This document shows positions 1 to 13,241 of a stretch of DNA of 64,000 nt, one piece after another. The notes below the pieces were generated by a model. The model had not been told where the DNA came from. It made no database searches and saw only the letters and a program-made list of their open reading frames with translations. This stretch comes from an uncultured Planctomycetota bacterium (GTDB taxonomy: Bacteria > Planctomycetota > Planctomycetia > Isosphaerales > Isosphaeraceae): NCBI GenBank assembly GCA_963823665.1, contig CAWGMQ010000003.1:1120001-1184000 (forward strand), read 5' to 3'. Made by a program: the position numbers and the translations under genes. Position 1 is the stretch's first letter; each line of letters starts with the position of its first letter.

Positions 1-98
1 AGCCGGCGCAAGGCCTGAGCCGGCGCCGGTCAGAACGGCCGACAACGGTGTCGGGCCTACGAAGCTGATCGGGCGGCGAAAGGCCAAGGGCACGCGCG

Positions 99-833
99 TC
101 AGCAGAAATCGTCGACGGTCGGCGTGATGACCAGCTCGGGCACGTGCGCCCGCGGATGCAGCTCGACCAGGAAACGGACCGCGGCGGCGATGTCTTCGGG
201 CTGCAGGATGACCGCCCGCCGCTCCGCTGGCACGGGAACGGGGCGGGCGTCGAGGATCGGCGTCTCGACCTCGCCGGGATAGATCACCGACGAGCGCACT
301 CCGCGCAGTCCCTCTTCCCTGCCCAGACAGATTCCCAGCGCGGCCTGGCCGAACTTCGAGGCCGAGTAGCCTGCGCCTCCCAGCGTGCTGGCGCGAATAC
401 CCGAAATCGAGCAGATCTGGATCACCAGGCCGTTCCGCTGCTTGCGCATAAGGGGAAGCACGTAATGGAGAACGTTGAATGATCCGGTGAGGTTGGTGGC
501 GATCATGCGGTCCCAGTCGGCGGGATCGAGTGACTCGAGACTGCGATTCCGGACGTTGGTGCCGGCGTTCGAGACGAGGACGTCGATCGTTCCCATGGCG
601 GAAGCGATCTCTTCGACAGCGGCCTTGACGGACCTGCGGTCGGCAATGTCGCACGTGGCTATCGGGGCTTTGTCCGGAGTGGTCTTCAGCTCGGCCCGCG
701 TGCGCTCGAGCTTCTGGCGATCGCGGCCCAACAGGGCGACTCGCAAGCCCATGCTGGCGAGCTGGGCTGCGATAGCCCGGCCGATTCCACTTCCAGCCCC
801 GGTCACCAGAGCGGTTTGCAATGTTGCGGCCAA
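99..833 (-). CDS. Short-chain dehydrogenase/reductase (SDR) oxidoreductase
   Basis: TGAGSGIG Rossmann motif, NAG, YSASK catalytic motif; intact 244-aa ORF. Confidence 0.93.
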   Translation of the reverse strand: MAATLQTALVTGAGSGIGRAIAAQLASMGLRVALLGRDRQKLERTRAELKTTPDKAPIATCDIADRRSVKAAVEEIASAMGTIDVLVSNAGTNVRNRSLESLDPADWDRMIATNLTGSFNVLHYVLPLMRKQRNGLVIQICSISGIRASTLGGAGYSASKFGQAALGICLGREEGLRGVRSSVIYPGEVETPILDARPVPVPAERRAVILQPEDIAAAVRFLVELHPRAHVPELVITPTVDDFC

Positions 834-940
834 GCCGGTCTCCTCTCGAGAAAAGAACAGCCGCGGTGATCCCGCGGATCGCCGCGGCTGTCGGAATAGC
901 GGACAGGACGAACCCGTCCATCCATCTCACAGGAAACCGC

Positions 941-2414
941 TCACGCATTCCAGATCTGAACCTGAGCTCCCGAGAAGATCGTAGAGCTGGGGGGGCTTGC
1001 CTGCCACGCGGTCATCGCCTGGAGAAGCTCTTCGAACTCGGCTTCGGCCAGGTCACTCGAAGAATCGGAGGCCGACGAATTGACCGGCTGACCGTTCACG
1101 TAGACCTGAACGGTGGCCGCCTTCTGAGTTGCTGGCGGAGTCGACGCCACGGGAGGAGCCGGCGGCGGCGGCGGGGGTGGCGGCGGTGGGGGTGGCGGAG
1201 TCGGGATCGAGGCTCGCGCTCTGCAGGATGTTGAGCTCACCCAGCGTGATGCCGGTGACCGGGTCGCTGATCGGCGTTGCACCCTGCTGGAGCCAGGACT
1301 TGATCTGTGCGACGGTGGGCAGGCTGCCGAATCGCGATTGGTAGATGTCCTGAAGCAGCGTCACGCCGCCGGTGACGAGGGCCGCCGCGAAGCTGGTGCC
1401 GTCGTCGGTGGCGGTGCCCGAGTCGCCCGAGGGGGCGGTGAGGCCGTCGCCCGGGGCGGCGATGGTCGTGGCCGAGGCGCTCCCCGAGCGCCGTGCCCAA
1501 TCGTTGGGCGTCGCTCAAGAGATTGTCCGGAGAGGTCGGTTGCCGTCACGCTGATCGTGCCGGCGACGATGGCTGCGAATCCTTCGCCTTGCGATCCGGA
1601 AAAGCTATTGCCGGTCGCGACGATCACGGGGATGTTCATCGCGCGTGAGCTGACCGATCAACTGAGTGATCTGTCTGGCCGTCACCGCCGTCGTTGCCGC
1701 GAACCAGTTCTGGGTGTAGTTTCCGCCGTCGGATAGCGACATGTTGACCGCGGTGATGTTGTACGTGCTGTGGTTCGATGATCACCCACTGCAAGGCATT
1801 CGCGACGTTCGCCAGACTGGCGGTGTTGGTATCGTCGGTGACACGCAAGGCGACAATATCGACGCCGGGTGCGACGCCCAGATCGTTCGGGTCGCTCGAA
1901 GCCGATCAAGCCGGCGACGGACGTGCCGTGCTGCGAGGTGGTGGCCATTGGGTCGGCAGTGCCGTCGGCGAAATCGTAGCCGGCGATGACCTTGTAGCCG
2001 GGCCCGAAGCCGCCGCCCAAGGCTGGGTTGTTATAGTCGACGCCGGTGTCGATGACGGCAACGGTCATGCCGGTTCCGTCGACGTTGTAGGCCGATCGGG
2101 TGGCGGCCGCGCCGGTGATCGGATCGTAGGCGGTCGGGGCGCCGGTTTCGATCGTGCCGGCGGGGCTCTCGACGACCGCGGTGGAGGCCGCAGGCGATGC
2201 CGCTTTCTGCGCGAGCCTCTTCCGGGCGTCGCGCCTGCTGGTGATGATGGTGATGCGCGACGAGGGCGTGACGACTTTCGACTGCCGTCCTTGCGCCGTG
2301 AGCGATCAACTCGCGAGCGCCGGCGGTCGAGAGCAGACAGCGATCATCCAGGAGTTCGAGCTGTGGCCGACGGCGCAATCGGGCTCGCTGGTGTTTTTTC
2401 CCGGTCCATCCCAT
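941..2414 (-). CDS. Secreted S8 (subtilisin-like) serine peptidase with Planctomycete LEPRxLL-type N-terminus; split by several frameshifts
   Basis: N-term RLRRRPQLELLDDRCLLS; VAVIDTGVD (Asp), QHGTSVAG (His), ATGNS, DGTSFAA (Ser, about 1385-1405) found across frames; Pro-rich C-terminal linker. Confidence 0.8.
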
Positions 2415-3082
2415 GAGTCGAGTCTCCCCAGACGGCCGCCAAGCCATTGGCACAGGCCGCCCCGCGAGTCAGTTGTGATCGCTCTCCTTCCCTGGCGCGT
2501 CGAGACCTGCGGCCGGCTCGGATCCGGCCCGGTTGATCCCGACGCGGGGAGCCGCCGCGATCAAGCGATCGAGGCGTCTCCTTCAGAGCGCAAGCAATGG
2601 TTGTTTGAGACGGACCACCTGAAGGCCCAGGGCCGGCGGAGAGAGTGGCAAGACTCCTGCGCGATCGAATCCCTGACCTGCGGGCGGATTGCCCGAGTGC
2701 GGAGAACCGACGGCCCTCGGGAGCCACGATTGGGGATCTGGGGAACCTCCCCAACTCTGCTCCGTGGGGACAGCGATTCGAATCTGACCTCCTGTGTCAG
2801 ACCAGGCGGAGCCATTCCACCCGATCCATGCGTTCGAGACCGGCTTGGCCGAGCCCTTACCGTTGCGAATCCTATCGCGCCGGTCATTTCGATCGGACCC
2901 CGGCCGAGGCGCTCCGGCGCCGCTGCCGATCGAGCTCGGAACGACACGTTTCTCACTCCGTCTTGTGCCCCGTCATGAGACCACCTAGAGTAAGATCACG
3001 CCTGCTCAGAGCCCGGTCGAGCACGAGTCTCGATCAGTGCCTCTTGTATCGGACCGGCCCACGGGAGTTATTCTTTAGAATC

Positions 3083-3836
3083 ATGGAAATCGTCGGCGTG
3101 ATCCCAGCCCGTTTCGCTTCGACCCGACTACCCGGCAAAGCCCTTTTATCCGAAACCGGGCGGCCGCTCATCCAGCACGTGCTCGAGGCGGCGCGACGGG
3201 CGCAATCGTTACAACGGATCATCGTCGCGACCGACGATCCGCGCATCGCGGCGGCCGTCGAGCGATGCGGCGGTGAATTCATGATGACCCGCGCCGACCA
3301 TGCGACCGGCACGGACCGTGTGGCCGAAGTCGCCGCTGCGCCTCGAAACTGCGCGAGTGATCGTGAACCTGCAGGGCGACGAGCCCGAGATCTCCGGCGC
3401 GGCCCTCGACCGCGTCGGTGGCGCTTCTGGACGAAGACCCCGCGGCACCGATGGCGACGCTTGCCACGCGCGATCCGCGATGAATCGATCTATCGCGATC
3501 CCGCCTGCGTCAAGGTGGTGTGCTCGAGTGCCGGACGTGCGCTGTACTTCTCGCGCAGCCCGATCCCCCATCACCGCGACGGTTTGCCCGATTCCGCAGC
3601 CGGCGCGGGCCCAATCGCTTACCTGCACCTGGGCCTTTACGCCTATCGCCGCGAGTTCCTGCTGTCGCTGGGCAAGCTGCCCCCGTCGCGACTCGAGGCC
3701 GCCGAAAAGCTCGAGCAGCTTCGGGTGCTGGACGCCGGGATACCCGATCGCCGTCGGGATCGTCGATGAGCCGAGCGTCGGCATCGATACCCCCGAAGAC
3801 TACCGCCGCTTCGTGGCGCGGTGGAACGCGGGGTGA
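3083..3836 (+). CDS. kdsB: 3-deoxy-manno-octulosonate cytidylyltransferase (CMP-Kdo synthetase); frameshifted
   Basis: MEIVGVIPARFASTRLPGK, VATDD, GTDRVAEV, VNLQGDEP, ALYFSRSPIP, LEQLR, GIDTPED across frames. Confidence 0.93.
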
Positions 3837-3956
3837 GTCGAGTTGCCTGGCGCCGCCACAATCCCTATGATTGCGCCGTGATGCGCATCCTGATTCAACA
3901 AGGCACGGGCCTCGACGGACGCGGTCGCGGGCTCGATCCCGAAAGGCTTAGGAGCG

Positions 3957-4882
3957 ATGAGTGCGGATCTGGCACTGAAACCGCCGCTGGCTTCGATCAC
4001 GCAGCGGATCGTCGACACATACGACACGTGCGGCGCGATCCACCACCTGGGCCATTGCCCTCTGCCGAGCTATCGCGAGGTGGTCGACATCCTGGGCGAT
4101 CTGCGGGAGATCCTGTACCCGGGGTACGGCCGGCGGCAGAATCTGAATCGGAGCCAACGTTGCGCGACCATGTCGGCAAGCCTCGTCGAGTCGCTGCATG
4201 ATCGGCTGACCGAGCAGATCGCCCGCGCTTTCCGCCATGACTGCGAGGCCGGGGCGAATGCGACGAACCCGCTGGCAGAAGGCCGAGGGAATTGCCATTC
4301 GTTTTCTGGATGAGATCCCCGAGCTGCGACGGACGCTCGCCGACGACGTGCAGGCCGCGTTCGACGGCGACCCGGCGGCCAAGAGGGCTCGACGAGATCA
4401 TCTTCTGCTATCCGGGCCTGGGCGCGGTGACCGTCTATCGCCTGGCGCACGTGCTCCATCGCCTGGGCGTGCCGCTCATTCCTCGAATGATGACCGAATA
4501 CGCACACGGCAAGACGGGCATCGACATCCACCCCGGCGCCACGATCGGCCGGCGATTCTTCATCGATCACGGCACGGGCGTCGTCATCGGCGAGACAACC
4601 CAGATCGGCGACGGCGTGAAGCTCTATCAGGGCGTCACCCTCGGCGCTCGATCGTTCCCGCGCGACGCGCAGACCGGCGAGATCGTTCGAGAAGCCAAAC
4701 GCCACCCGACGATCGAAGACGAGGTGGTGATCTACGCCAATGCCACCATTCTTGGGGGCGAGACCGTGATCGGGCACCACTCGGTGATCGGCTCGTCGGC
4801 GTGGATCACGCGCAGCGTCGCGCCCTATACGACCGTGACGATCGAAAGCCCGAGCATGCGTATTCGCGAAGGGACCAGTTGA
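3957..4882 (+). CDS. cysE: Serine O-acetyltransferase (CysE/EpsC type); frameshifted
   Basis: [50 protein letters not shown]. Confidence 0.88.
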
Positions 4883-4899
4883 GTCGGTGATCAAAGGTC

Positions 4900-6226
4900 A
4901 TCGATCGGCTGGCGGGCTTGCCTGAACTCTCCGAAGTCGTCTCTGGGGGTGAAACCCGGTCGAGCAGCACGGCGACGGTCATGTCGCCCAGCACATTCGA
5001 GGTGGTGCGGCAGCGGTCGAGCAGCCAGTCGACCGTGAGCAAGATCGGGATCTTCTCGGTGGGCAGACGGACGGCGGCGAAGATCAGCGGCATCGTCACG
5101 AAGCTCCCCGACGGAATGCCGCCGGCACCGACGCTGGCGACGAGCGTCGTGAGCATGATCAAGATCTGGTCGGTATGCTCAAATCAAAACCGAGAGCCTG
5201 CGCCATGAAGAGGACGGCAGTCGCCATGTAGAGTGCCGTTCCGTCGTTGTTGAAGTTGGTGCCGATGCACGCTGTCAACTGGCTCGAGCGCCGCGAGATG
5301 CCCAGCCGCTCGAGCGATCTCAGCGTGATCGGGATCGTGGCGGCTGTGCTGGATGTGCTGATTGTGCTGGCCATCACGTCGAGCGACCCGCTCAGAAACC
5401 GCACCGGCGACATCCGCGCCACGACCGCCATCTGCAGAAGATACCAGAGAACCTGCAGCGACAGGCCGAGGACCACGACGACGATCAGCCAGAGCAACGA
5501 GCTGAGGACCGCCAGCCCCTCTTTCTTGCCGACGCTGGAAGCAACGATCCCGAAGACCGCAAACGGCACCAGAGCCACGACCCAGAGCAGCACCTTCATC
5601 AATAATTCGAAGCCGATTGTGAGCAGGTCGACGACGACCTTGAACGAGGTTTCACCCCTCGCCTTCTGCTGTTCACGAATCTTCACGAGCCCGATGCCCA
5701 GGGCGATCGTCAAGACGACGAGCTGGGCGAGGTGGTTCTTGGTGAAAGGCTCGCCGACGCTGGTCGGGATCAGATCCAGGAGCAAGTCGGTGGCGGTTTT
5801 CTTGGCGATGGGCGCCGGTGGCGACCCCGGCTCGACGAACGCGGCACCCTTGCCGGGGTTGATGAGATTGGTGAGCGTCAAGCCGATCGATCATCGCGAC
5901 CAGGGTGTTGAGCAGGTAGAAGGCCATCATGAGGGCACCGAGCCGGCCTTTGACGTCGTTGGTGACGATCGCACTCAAGATCGCCAGCACGACCAAGGGC
6001 GCGGCCAGCGCCGTCAGGGCGCGGAGGATCACCGTGGGCAAGAAGCTCGAGTCGCGCGGCACCGTCGCCCCAGAGCAGCCCGGTCGGAATCGCCAGCGCG
6101 ACCGCGAGAATGACCCAGACATAGAGCGGAAGACCCGCGATCCGGCTTTCGGCTCTCCTCGTCAGCGGTCGCGGCCGCCGGTGCTGGGTCGTTGTTTTCG
6201 ACTGGTGCGATCGGCGACTGGCTCAT
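4900..6226 (-). CDS. Dicarboxylate/amino acid:cation symporter (DAACS, GltP-like); frameshifted, 3' end approximate
   Basis: STSSTAATIP, GTNFNNDGTALY, SVGAGGIPSG, DWLLDRCRTTSNVLGD motifs; many TM helices. Confidence 0.88.
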
Positions 6227-6376
6227 CAAAATCTCCCGGGCGAGAATTCCACCGGACACCTTGCCCCCGGCCGGTGCGTTCGATGGAATGTGGAATTATG
6301 GCGGCTCGCGGCTGCGGATGCGAGTGGTGGGTTACGAGGGTAGGCGTGAGCTGATCGAGCGGAAGTCAGCGAAATC

Positions 6377-7138
6377 GTGGACGTTTGTCACGTATACCCG
6401 TATGAAGTCGGGGACGGTCCAGCGAACATGGCGCTGGACGAGGCGCTTCTGGAGGCAGTTGGGCAGGGGTGAGCCGACGAGCGGTGCTGCGGGTTTATGG
6501 CTGGTCGGTGCCGACGCTGAGCCTTGGATATTTTCAGCGGTTGGCGGAGGTGCGGGCCGACGGGCGTTGGTCAATGACGTGCCGATTGTGCGGCGGCCGA
6601 CGGGCGGGGGGGCGATCTGGCACCATCACGAAGTGACCTACGCGCTGGCCGTGCCGGAAGCGCCATCCGCTGTCGCGGCCGAGCACCCGGCTTTACCGGG
6701 CGGTGCATGGGGCGATATCAGATGGTTTGGTGCGGTTGGGTATCGGTGCGGTTCGGTCAGGAGAAGTTTTTTCTCCAGGAGATTGTGGGCGCAGCCGACC
6801 GTTATTATGCTTTACTGACCGTAGTCCGGAAGATATCGTTTGCGAAGGTACCAAGATCGTGGGAAGCGCGCAGCGTCGGCGCTGGGGGGCTGTCCTCCAA
6901 CATGGATCCGTGCTACTGGCTCGATCACCCGGACGCCGGAGCTTACCGTGGTTTGAGCGATGTCGCGAATGCGATCAGACGATCCGAGAGAGTGGTCCGG
7001 CAGGTTGGTGGAATGGATCACGAAGGGCATCAGTTTGCGTCCGATTCCTTCGAGCATCCCCGAGGCGATTCGGGAGCAAGCGGCAGGCGCGAGAGGCAGG
7101 ACGCTACCGAGATCCGGTCGTGGACGGAAATTCGGTAA
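6377..7138 (+). CDS. Lipoate-protein ligase A family (biotin/lipoate ligase domain); frameshifted
   Basis: NMALDEALL, TLSLGYFQ, VRRPTGGGAIWH, KIVGSAQRR, VLQHGS across frames. Confidence 0.85.
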
Positions 7139-7538
7139 TTAGATTGTTGCGAGTTAGAGTTACTATCTTTAATCTCCGAAAGATTAAGTTACAATGATAG
7201 CGCTCGGTCTGGGGCGTGCCGCACGACCGCCTTTCAGCAGTGTTGATCTCACTTCAGCTCGATTGCAGTTTTTACGCCCCTGGGGGAAGACCATGGTCGA
7301 GGGGAGGGGTATGGCCGCGTGGACAGTCGGCGCAGGGTCTTCACGCGTGTCGGTCGGTGCTGGCGCAGCCATGACGGTAGCGCGCAGGCGCGATCGCTGC
7401 TGGGCGGACGGCACATGGCGGCTTTGATATCGGGCATTGCCTTCATATATACATTCGTGTTCCCCGTGTTCTCCTTTAGAGCGTTGGTGTCGGCGCTGAT
7501 CCCTATCGTTGGAGACCATCGAGGTCGGGACGATTTTC

Positions 7539-8358
7539 ATGAAAGTGCAACTCGTTGTCGTTCGAGGCAAACCGGAGGGTAAGGTGATCCCGCTGGTCGG
7601 GCCTCGGTTCAAGATCGGCCGGGGCGAGACCTGTCACCTGCGGCCGAATAGTGAACAAGTCAGTCGAGAGCACGCCGAGTTCGCGATTGCCGGCGAAGTC
7701 GTGAGTGTCAAAGACCTCGGCAGCCGAAACGGCACATTGGTCAACGGCAAGGCGCTCACGACCGAGTCGTGTCAGCTCAAGGATCGCGACCTGGTCCAGG
7801 TTGGGCCGCTCACGTTTGCCGTTTCGATCACTCAGGACGCGGATTCCGTCGAAGAGCAAACCACCGAGTCAACCGGCGCTCGGCGCGGCAAGCCGTCATT
7901 GGATGATGTCAGCACCGATGACATCGATTCCTGGTTGGTTGGACCGAACACTCCGTCGGCGGCCGATCTGCCGACGGCCGTTTATGGTGGCGACACGATC
8001 ACGATCAATGCCTTCAAGGCCGACGGGCGTGCCACCGGCCAAGCCGGCGACGCCGCCATCGGCCAGCGATGACGAGTACGAACGTCAGCCCGACGACCTG
8101 GATGAAGAGGAACAGGAACCGTTCGACGAGAATGAGGACGACGATCAAACGCTCGCCGAAGGTGCGGAGACCGTCGCGGAATCGCCCGAGGAATTCATGG
8201 ACGAGTCGAACCCATTCTACGCTGCGAAGAAGGCCCAGCAGCTTCAGGCCAAGCAGGGGCCGGCCGGTCCTTCTAAACCGAAGTTCAACGACACCTCCGA
8301 CGCGGCCGGCGACATTCTGCGCCGGCTGATGGAGCGACGCCGAGCTGAGAAGTCGTGA
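7539..8358 (+). CDS. FHA domain protein with acidic C-terminal tail; one frameshift near 8020
   Basis: FKIGR, VSREHA, DLGSRNGTLVNG FHA motifs. Confidence 0.85.
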
Positions 8359-8443
8359 CCTCTGCTGCAGATCCCGAGCCATCCTTTGACGTTCTTGGAG
8401 CAGCTCGCCGAGCCATCCGAGCCGACCGCAGAGGTCGATCACT

Positions 8444-9420
8444 GTGGCCCAGGCCGGACTGGTCCGGCTGATCGAGCGCATCGAAGCACAGGTGGTCGGG
8501 CCAGCGACTGCTGCTGGAACGGCTGATCGTTGCGCTTCTGGCCGGCGGCCACGTCCTGATCGAGGGAGTGCCCGGCCTCGCCAAGACCCGGGCCGTGCGG
8601 GCACTCGCCCAGGCCTTGTATCTTCCGTTCCGGCGGATTCAGTTCACACCCGACTTGCTGCCGGCGGACCTGACCGGCACCCAGATCTACCGGCCCGCGA
8701 CCGGAACGTTCGACGTTCGCCCCGGGCCGATCGTGACCAGCGTTCTGCTCGCCGACGAGATCAACCGCGCACCGGCGAAGGTTCAAAGCGCGCTCGCTCG
8801 AGGCGATGCAAGAGGGCCAGATCACGGTCGGCGACGAGACGATCGCGCTGCCCGAGACGTTCTGGGTGCTGGCGACCCAGAACCCGATCGAGCACGAGGG
8901 GACTTACCCGCTTCCGGAGGCCCAGCTCGACCGCTTCCTGATGAAGCTGGTGGTCGGCTACCCCGATCGCGAATCCGAGCTGCGCATGCTGGACCTGCCC
9001 AGCGTTTCGGATGCGCCACGCCCCGACTCGGACACCCGAACGAGCGAAGAGCCCCCGCTGTACGGGCCGACGGAAGTTCTTGCGTTTCGCTCGCTCGCCG
9101 CTTCGATCCGGATCGCGCCGGCCGTTAAAGAATACATCGTCGACCTGGTCCGCGCGACTCGCGACCCCGCGGCGTTCGGGCTTCCGCTGGCGCCGCTGCT
9201 GGAGCTTGGTGCCAGCCCGCGGGCCACGATTGCACTCTTGCGAGCATCACGGGCCCACGCCCTGCTTGCCGGCCGCGATTTCGTGACGCCGCACGACGTC
9301 AAGAGCTTGGGCCGCGACATCATGCGCCATCGTATCCTCGTCAGTTTCGAGGCGGACGCCGAAGGGCTCGGGCCCGACGATATCATCCAGCGCATTCTCG
9401 ACCATATTCCAGTTCCGTGA
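8444..9420 (+). CDS. MoxR-family AAA+ ATPase; frameshifted, start approximate
   Basis: [55 protein letters not shown]. Confidence 0.92.
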
Positions 9421-9450
9421 GGGTAGGACGACGTAACCGCCGGTGCAGCC

Positions 9451-11333
9451 ATGCCGATGGACCTGAGCGAGGGGATCGAGCATCATCGCAGGGGCGAGCT
9501 TGAGCGGGCAGCTCGGGCGTACGAGGCGGCGCTGGCTGAGGAGCCCGCAAAGAGCGGAGGCGCCTGCATCTCCTGGGTCTGGTGGCGATTCAGAAAAGGG
9601 ACGCCCGCCGCGCGCTCGATCTCATCGGCCAGGCGGTCGCCGCTGCGACCCGAAGTCGCCGAGTACCACGCTGGACTCGGCGAGACTTACTGGGCGCTCG
9701 GGCAGCCTGAGCGCGCGGTCGAGTGCTATCGAGAATCTCTGCGGCTGCGGCCTGACAACGCCGGAGGCGCTTTGCAACCTGGGATCAACGCTCTTGCGCC
9801 AGGGGGAGATCGACGAGGCGATCGGCTGCTTCCGTGACGCCTTGCGGCTATTCACCTGGGCTTGCAGCCGCCCATAACAACCTGGGGAACGCGCTTCAGC
9901 TCAAGGGCGACGCAGCCGGGGCCGTCGAGCACTTCCGTGCCGCCGTGCGGCTCGACCCGACGGCAGCAGCGGCCCACAGCAATCTCGGGTTGATCGTCCT
10001 GGAACGGGGCGAGCCGGAGGAGGCGCTCTTGTCCATTGCCGCGAGGCCGATTCGGCTGCGTCCCACACTGCTTGAGGCTCAGATCAATCTCGGCAATGTT
10101 CTGCAGGTGCTCGGCCGACCGGACGAGGCACTTCAATGCTTTCGCGCGGCGATCCGGCTCAAGCCGAACTTCGCGGCCGCGCATGCCGGCCTCGCGGGTG
10201 TTCTGGAAGAGCTTGGAGATACGGCAGGCTCGGGCGAGTCGCTCCGCGAGGCCCTCCGGCACGATCCTCGACACACGGGTGCCCTGGCCCGGCTGGCGAC
10301 CCAGTTGCGTGATAAGCTCCCCGCAGCCGACCAGGCCGCGATCGAGCGACTTTCGACCGAGCCTGGCCTGCCTGCGGCCCGGCGCTGGCCGATGTTATTC
10401 GGCCTTGCACAGGTGTTTGATGCGCGGAGCGAGTTCACTCGGGCCGCCGAATTTGCAGCGAACGCCAACGCGCTCGAATATGCTGATTTCCAAAGACGCG
10501 GACTGGCGTACGACCCGGCGGCACACACGCTTTTCGTCGACCGTCTACTCCAAGCATTCATCCCCGAGTTCTTCACACGGGTGCGCGGGTGGGGCCTGGA
10601 AACGGAGCGGCCTGTGTTCGTCGTCGGCATGCCGCGGTCCGGGACCACGCTGGTGGAGCAGATCCTGGCGAGCCACCCCCGGGTCTTCGGAGCCGGCGAG
10701 CTGCAGCTTGCCCGGAGCGAGTTCAGGACCCTGCCGGAAGTCACCGGCCGTCGCGGAGCCCTCCCGCACGAATGCGTGGGTTACCTCGACCGAAACGCAA
10801 TCGATCAGCTTGCTCGCAAGCACGTGAATGGTCTGGCGGATCGGAATGCCTGGGCAGACCGGGTTGTGGACAAGATGCCGGAAAACACGCTCTACCTGGG
10901 CTTCCTGGCCGCGCTCTTCCCGCGCGCAAAGTTCATTCACTGCCGTCGCGACCTTCGGGACGCGGCGGTTTCCTGCTGGTTGACCGACTTCTGGCAGGTT
11001 CGGTGGGCTTGCGATCAGCACCAGATCGCCTCGCGTGCAGCCGAGTACCGGCGTATCATGGAACACTGGGCTCGCGTGCTGCCCTTACCGGTGCTCGAGG
11101 TTGACTACGAATCGCTGGTCGCGGACCAGGAACGCGTGTCGCGCGAGCTCGTTGAATGGTGCGGTCTGCCGTGGGACAGTCAATGCCTGGAGTTCCACAA
11201 GATGCGGCGAGCCGTTCATACCGCGAGCGCAGCCCAAGTTCGCCGCCCGATCTACCGCTCCTCGGTCGGGCGCTGGAAGCACTACGCGCAACCGCTAGCG
11301 CCCATGTTCGCGGAACTGGAGAAGCTCGTGTGA
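9451..11333 (+). CDS. TPR-repeat sulfotransferase family protein (copy 1); frameshifts in the TPR part
   Basis: TPR repeats, then PVFVVGMPRSGTTLVEQILASHP (PAPS-binding), DKMP, HCRRD. Confidence 0.9.
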
Positions 11334-11356
11334 AGCCCCGTAACGCCGGTGCGGCC

Positions 11357-13228
11357 ATGGCGATGGAACTGAGGGATGCGATCGAGCACCATCGCAGGGG
11401 CGAGCTTGAGCGGGCGGCTGTGATCTACGAGGCGGCCCTGGCTCTGGAGCCGGAGCGGGCGGACGCCCTGCATCTCCTGGGCCTGGTGGCGCTTCAGAAA
11501 GGGGACGCCCGCCGCGCGGCCGATCTCATCGGCCGGGCGGTCGCCGTGCGACCCGATGAGGCGGACTACCACGCCGGACTTGGCGAGACTTACTGGGCGC
11601 TCGGCCAGCCGGAACGCGCCGTTGCTTGCTATCTAGAATCGCTGCGGCTCCGGCCCGGCAACGCGCATGCACTTAACAATCTGGGATCAACGCTACTGGG
11701 TCAGGGGGGATATCGAGGGGGCGATCGTCTGCCTGCGTGAAGCCATCCGGCTCAATCCCGGTCTCGCCGCTGCTCATGGAAATCTGGGTCGCGCCTGCAG
11801 CTCAAGGGCGAAACGGCAACGGCACTCGTGCACTTCCACGCCGCCGTGTGGCTCGCCCCGAACGTGGCCGATGCCCACAGCAATCTGGGCTTGATCCTGC
11901 TGGAACGAGGCGACCCCAAGACAGCTCTGGTCCATTGCCGGGAAGCCATCCGGCTGCGGCCCAGCTTCGTCGCGGCCCACATCAATCTGGGCAACGTGCT
12001 CCAGGTGCTTGGCCGTCAAGACGAGGCGGAGGAATGCTTCCGCGCGGCAATCCGGCTGGAGCCGAGCACTGCGGCCGCGCATGCCGGCCTCGCGGGCGTT
12101 CTGGAAGAGCTTGGTGAAACTTCGGAGTCGCTCGCGTCACTGCGGGAGGCTCTCCGCCACGACCCCAGGCACACCGGGGCCCTGGCGAGACTGGCTACTC
12201 GATTGCGCGACAGCCTCTCCGAGACCGACGAGGCCGCCATCGAACACCTGGCCGGGGAGCCCGCTCTGCCGCCGGAGGGCCGCTGGTTGTTGCTATTCGG
12301 CCTGACACAGGTCTGTGACGCCCGCGGCGAGTTTGCCAAGGCCGCCGAGCTGGCCGAGCGGGCCAACGCCCTTCAACTGTCGGATTTCCGGCGACGCGGG
12401 CTCGCTTATGATCCGGCCTCACACACGCTCTTCGTCGACCGTCTGCTCGAGAAGTTCACCCCCGGTTTCTTCGACCGCGTGCGCGGCTGGGGACACGAAA
12501 CGGAACGGCCCGTCTTCGTCGTTGGCATGCCGAGGTCGGGCACCACGCTCGTCGAGCAGATTCTCGCCAGCCACCCCCGCGTCTTCGGTGCCGGCGAGCT
12601 GCGGCTCGCCACGAGCACGTTCAACAGCCTGCCCAGCGCGACGCGACATCGCGGTCTTCCCTACGAATGCCTCGATTACCTCGACCGCGACGCAGTTCTT
12701 TACCTGGCCCGCCAGCACCTGGAAGGTCTCGCCGAACGCAATGCCTCGGCAGACCGGGTCGTCGACAAGATGCCCGAGAATACGCTCTACCTGGGCTTGA
12801 TGGCCCTTCTTTTTCCTCGCGCACGGTTCATTCATTGTCGCCGCGACCTGCGTGATTCGGCCCTTTCCTGCTGGATCACCAACTTCGGCCAGGTGCGGTG
12901 GGCCTGCGATCAGCACCACATCGCCACTCGTGCAGCAGAGTACCTGCGGGTCATGGAACATTGGCGCCGGGTGCTGAGCGTGCCGGTGCTCGAGGTTGAT
13001 TACGAATCGCTGGTCGCCGAGCCGGCGAGCGTCTCGCGCGAGCTTTTGGCCTGGTGCGGTCTCGAGTGGAACGCGGCCTGTGCGGAGCCTCACAAAACGC
13101 GGCGGCCCGTGCGGACCGCCAGCGCGATACAGGTGCGCCGCGCGATCTACGCCACCTCGGTCGGTCGCTGGAAAAACTACGCGCAACCGCTTGCGCCGAT
13201 GTTTGCTGAGCTGGAGAATTGCCTGTGA
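11357..13228 (+). CDS. TPR-repeat sulfotransferase family protein (copy 2); frameshifts near 11710-11800
   Basis: Same motifs as copy 1; colinear tandem paralog. Confidence 0.9.
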
Positions 13229-13241
13229 AGCGTCGCGGCTG

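Noticed and set aside
2420..3080. Possible riboswitch or ncRNA in a long intergenic region
   Set aside because: No family motif recognised by eye; would need an Rfam scan
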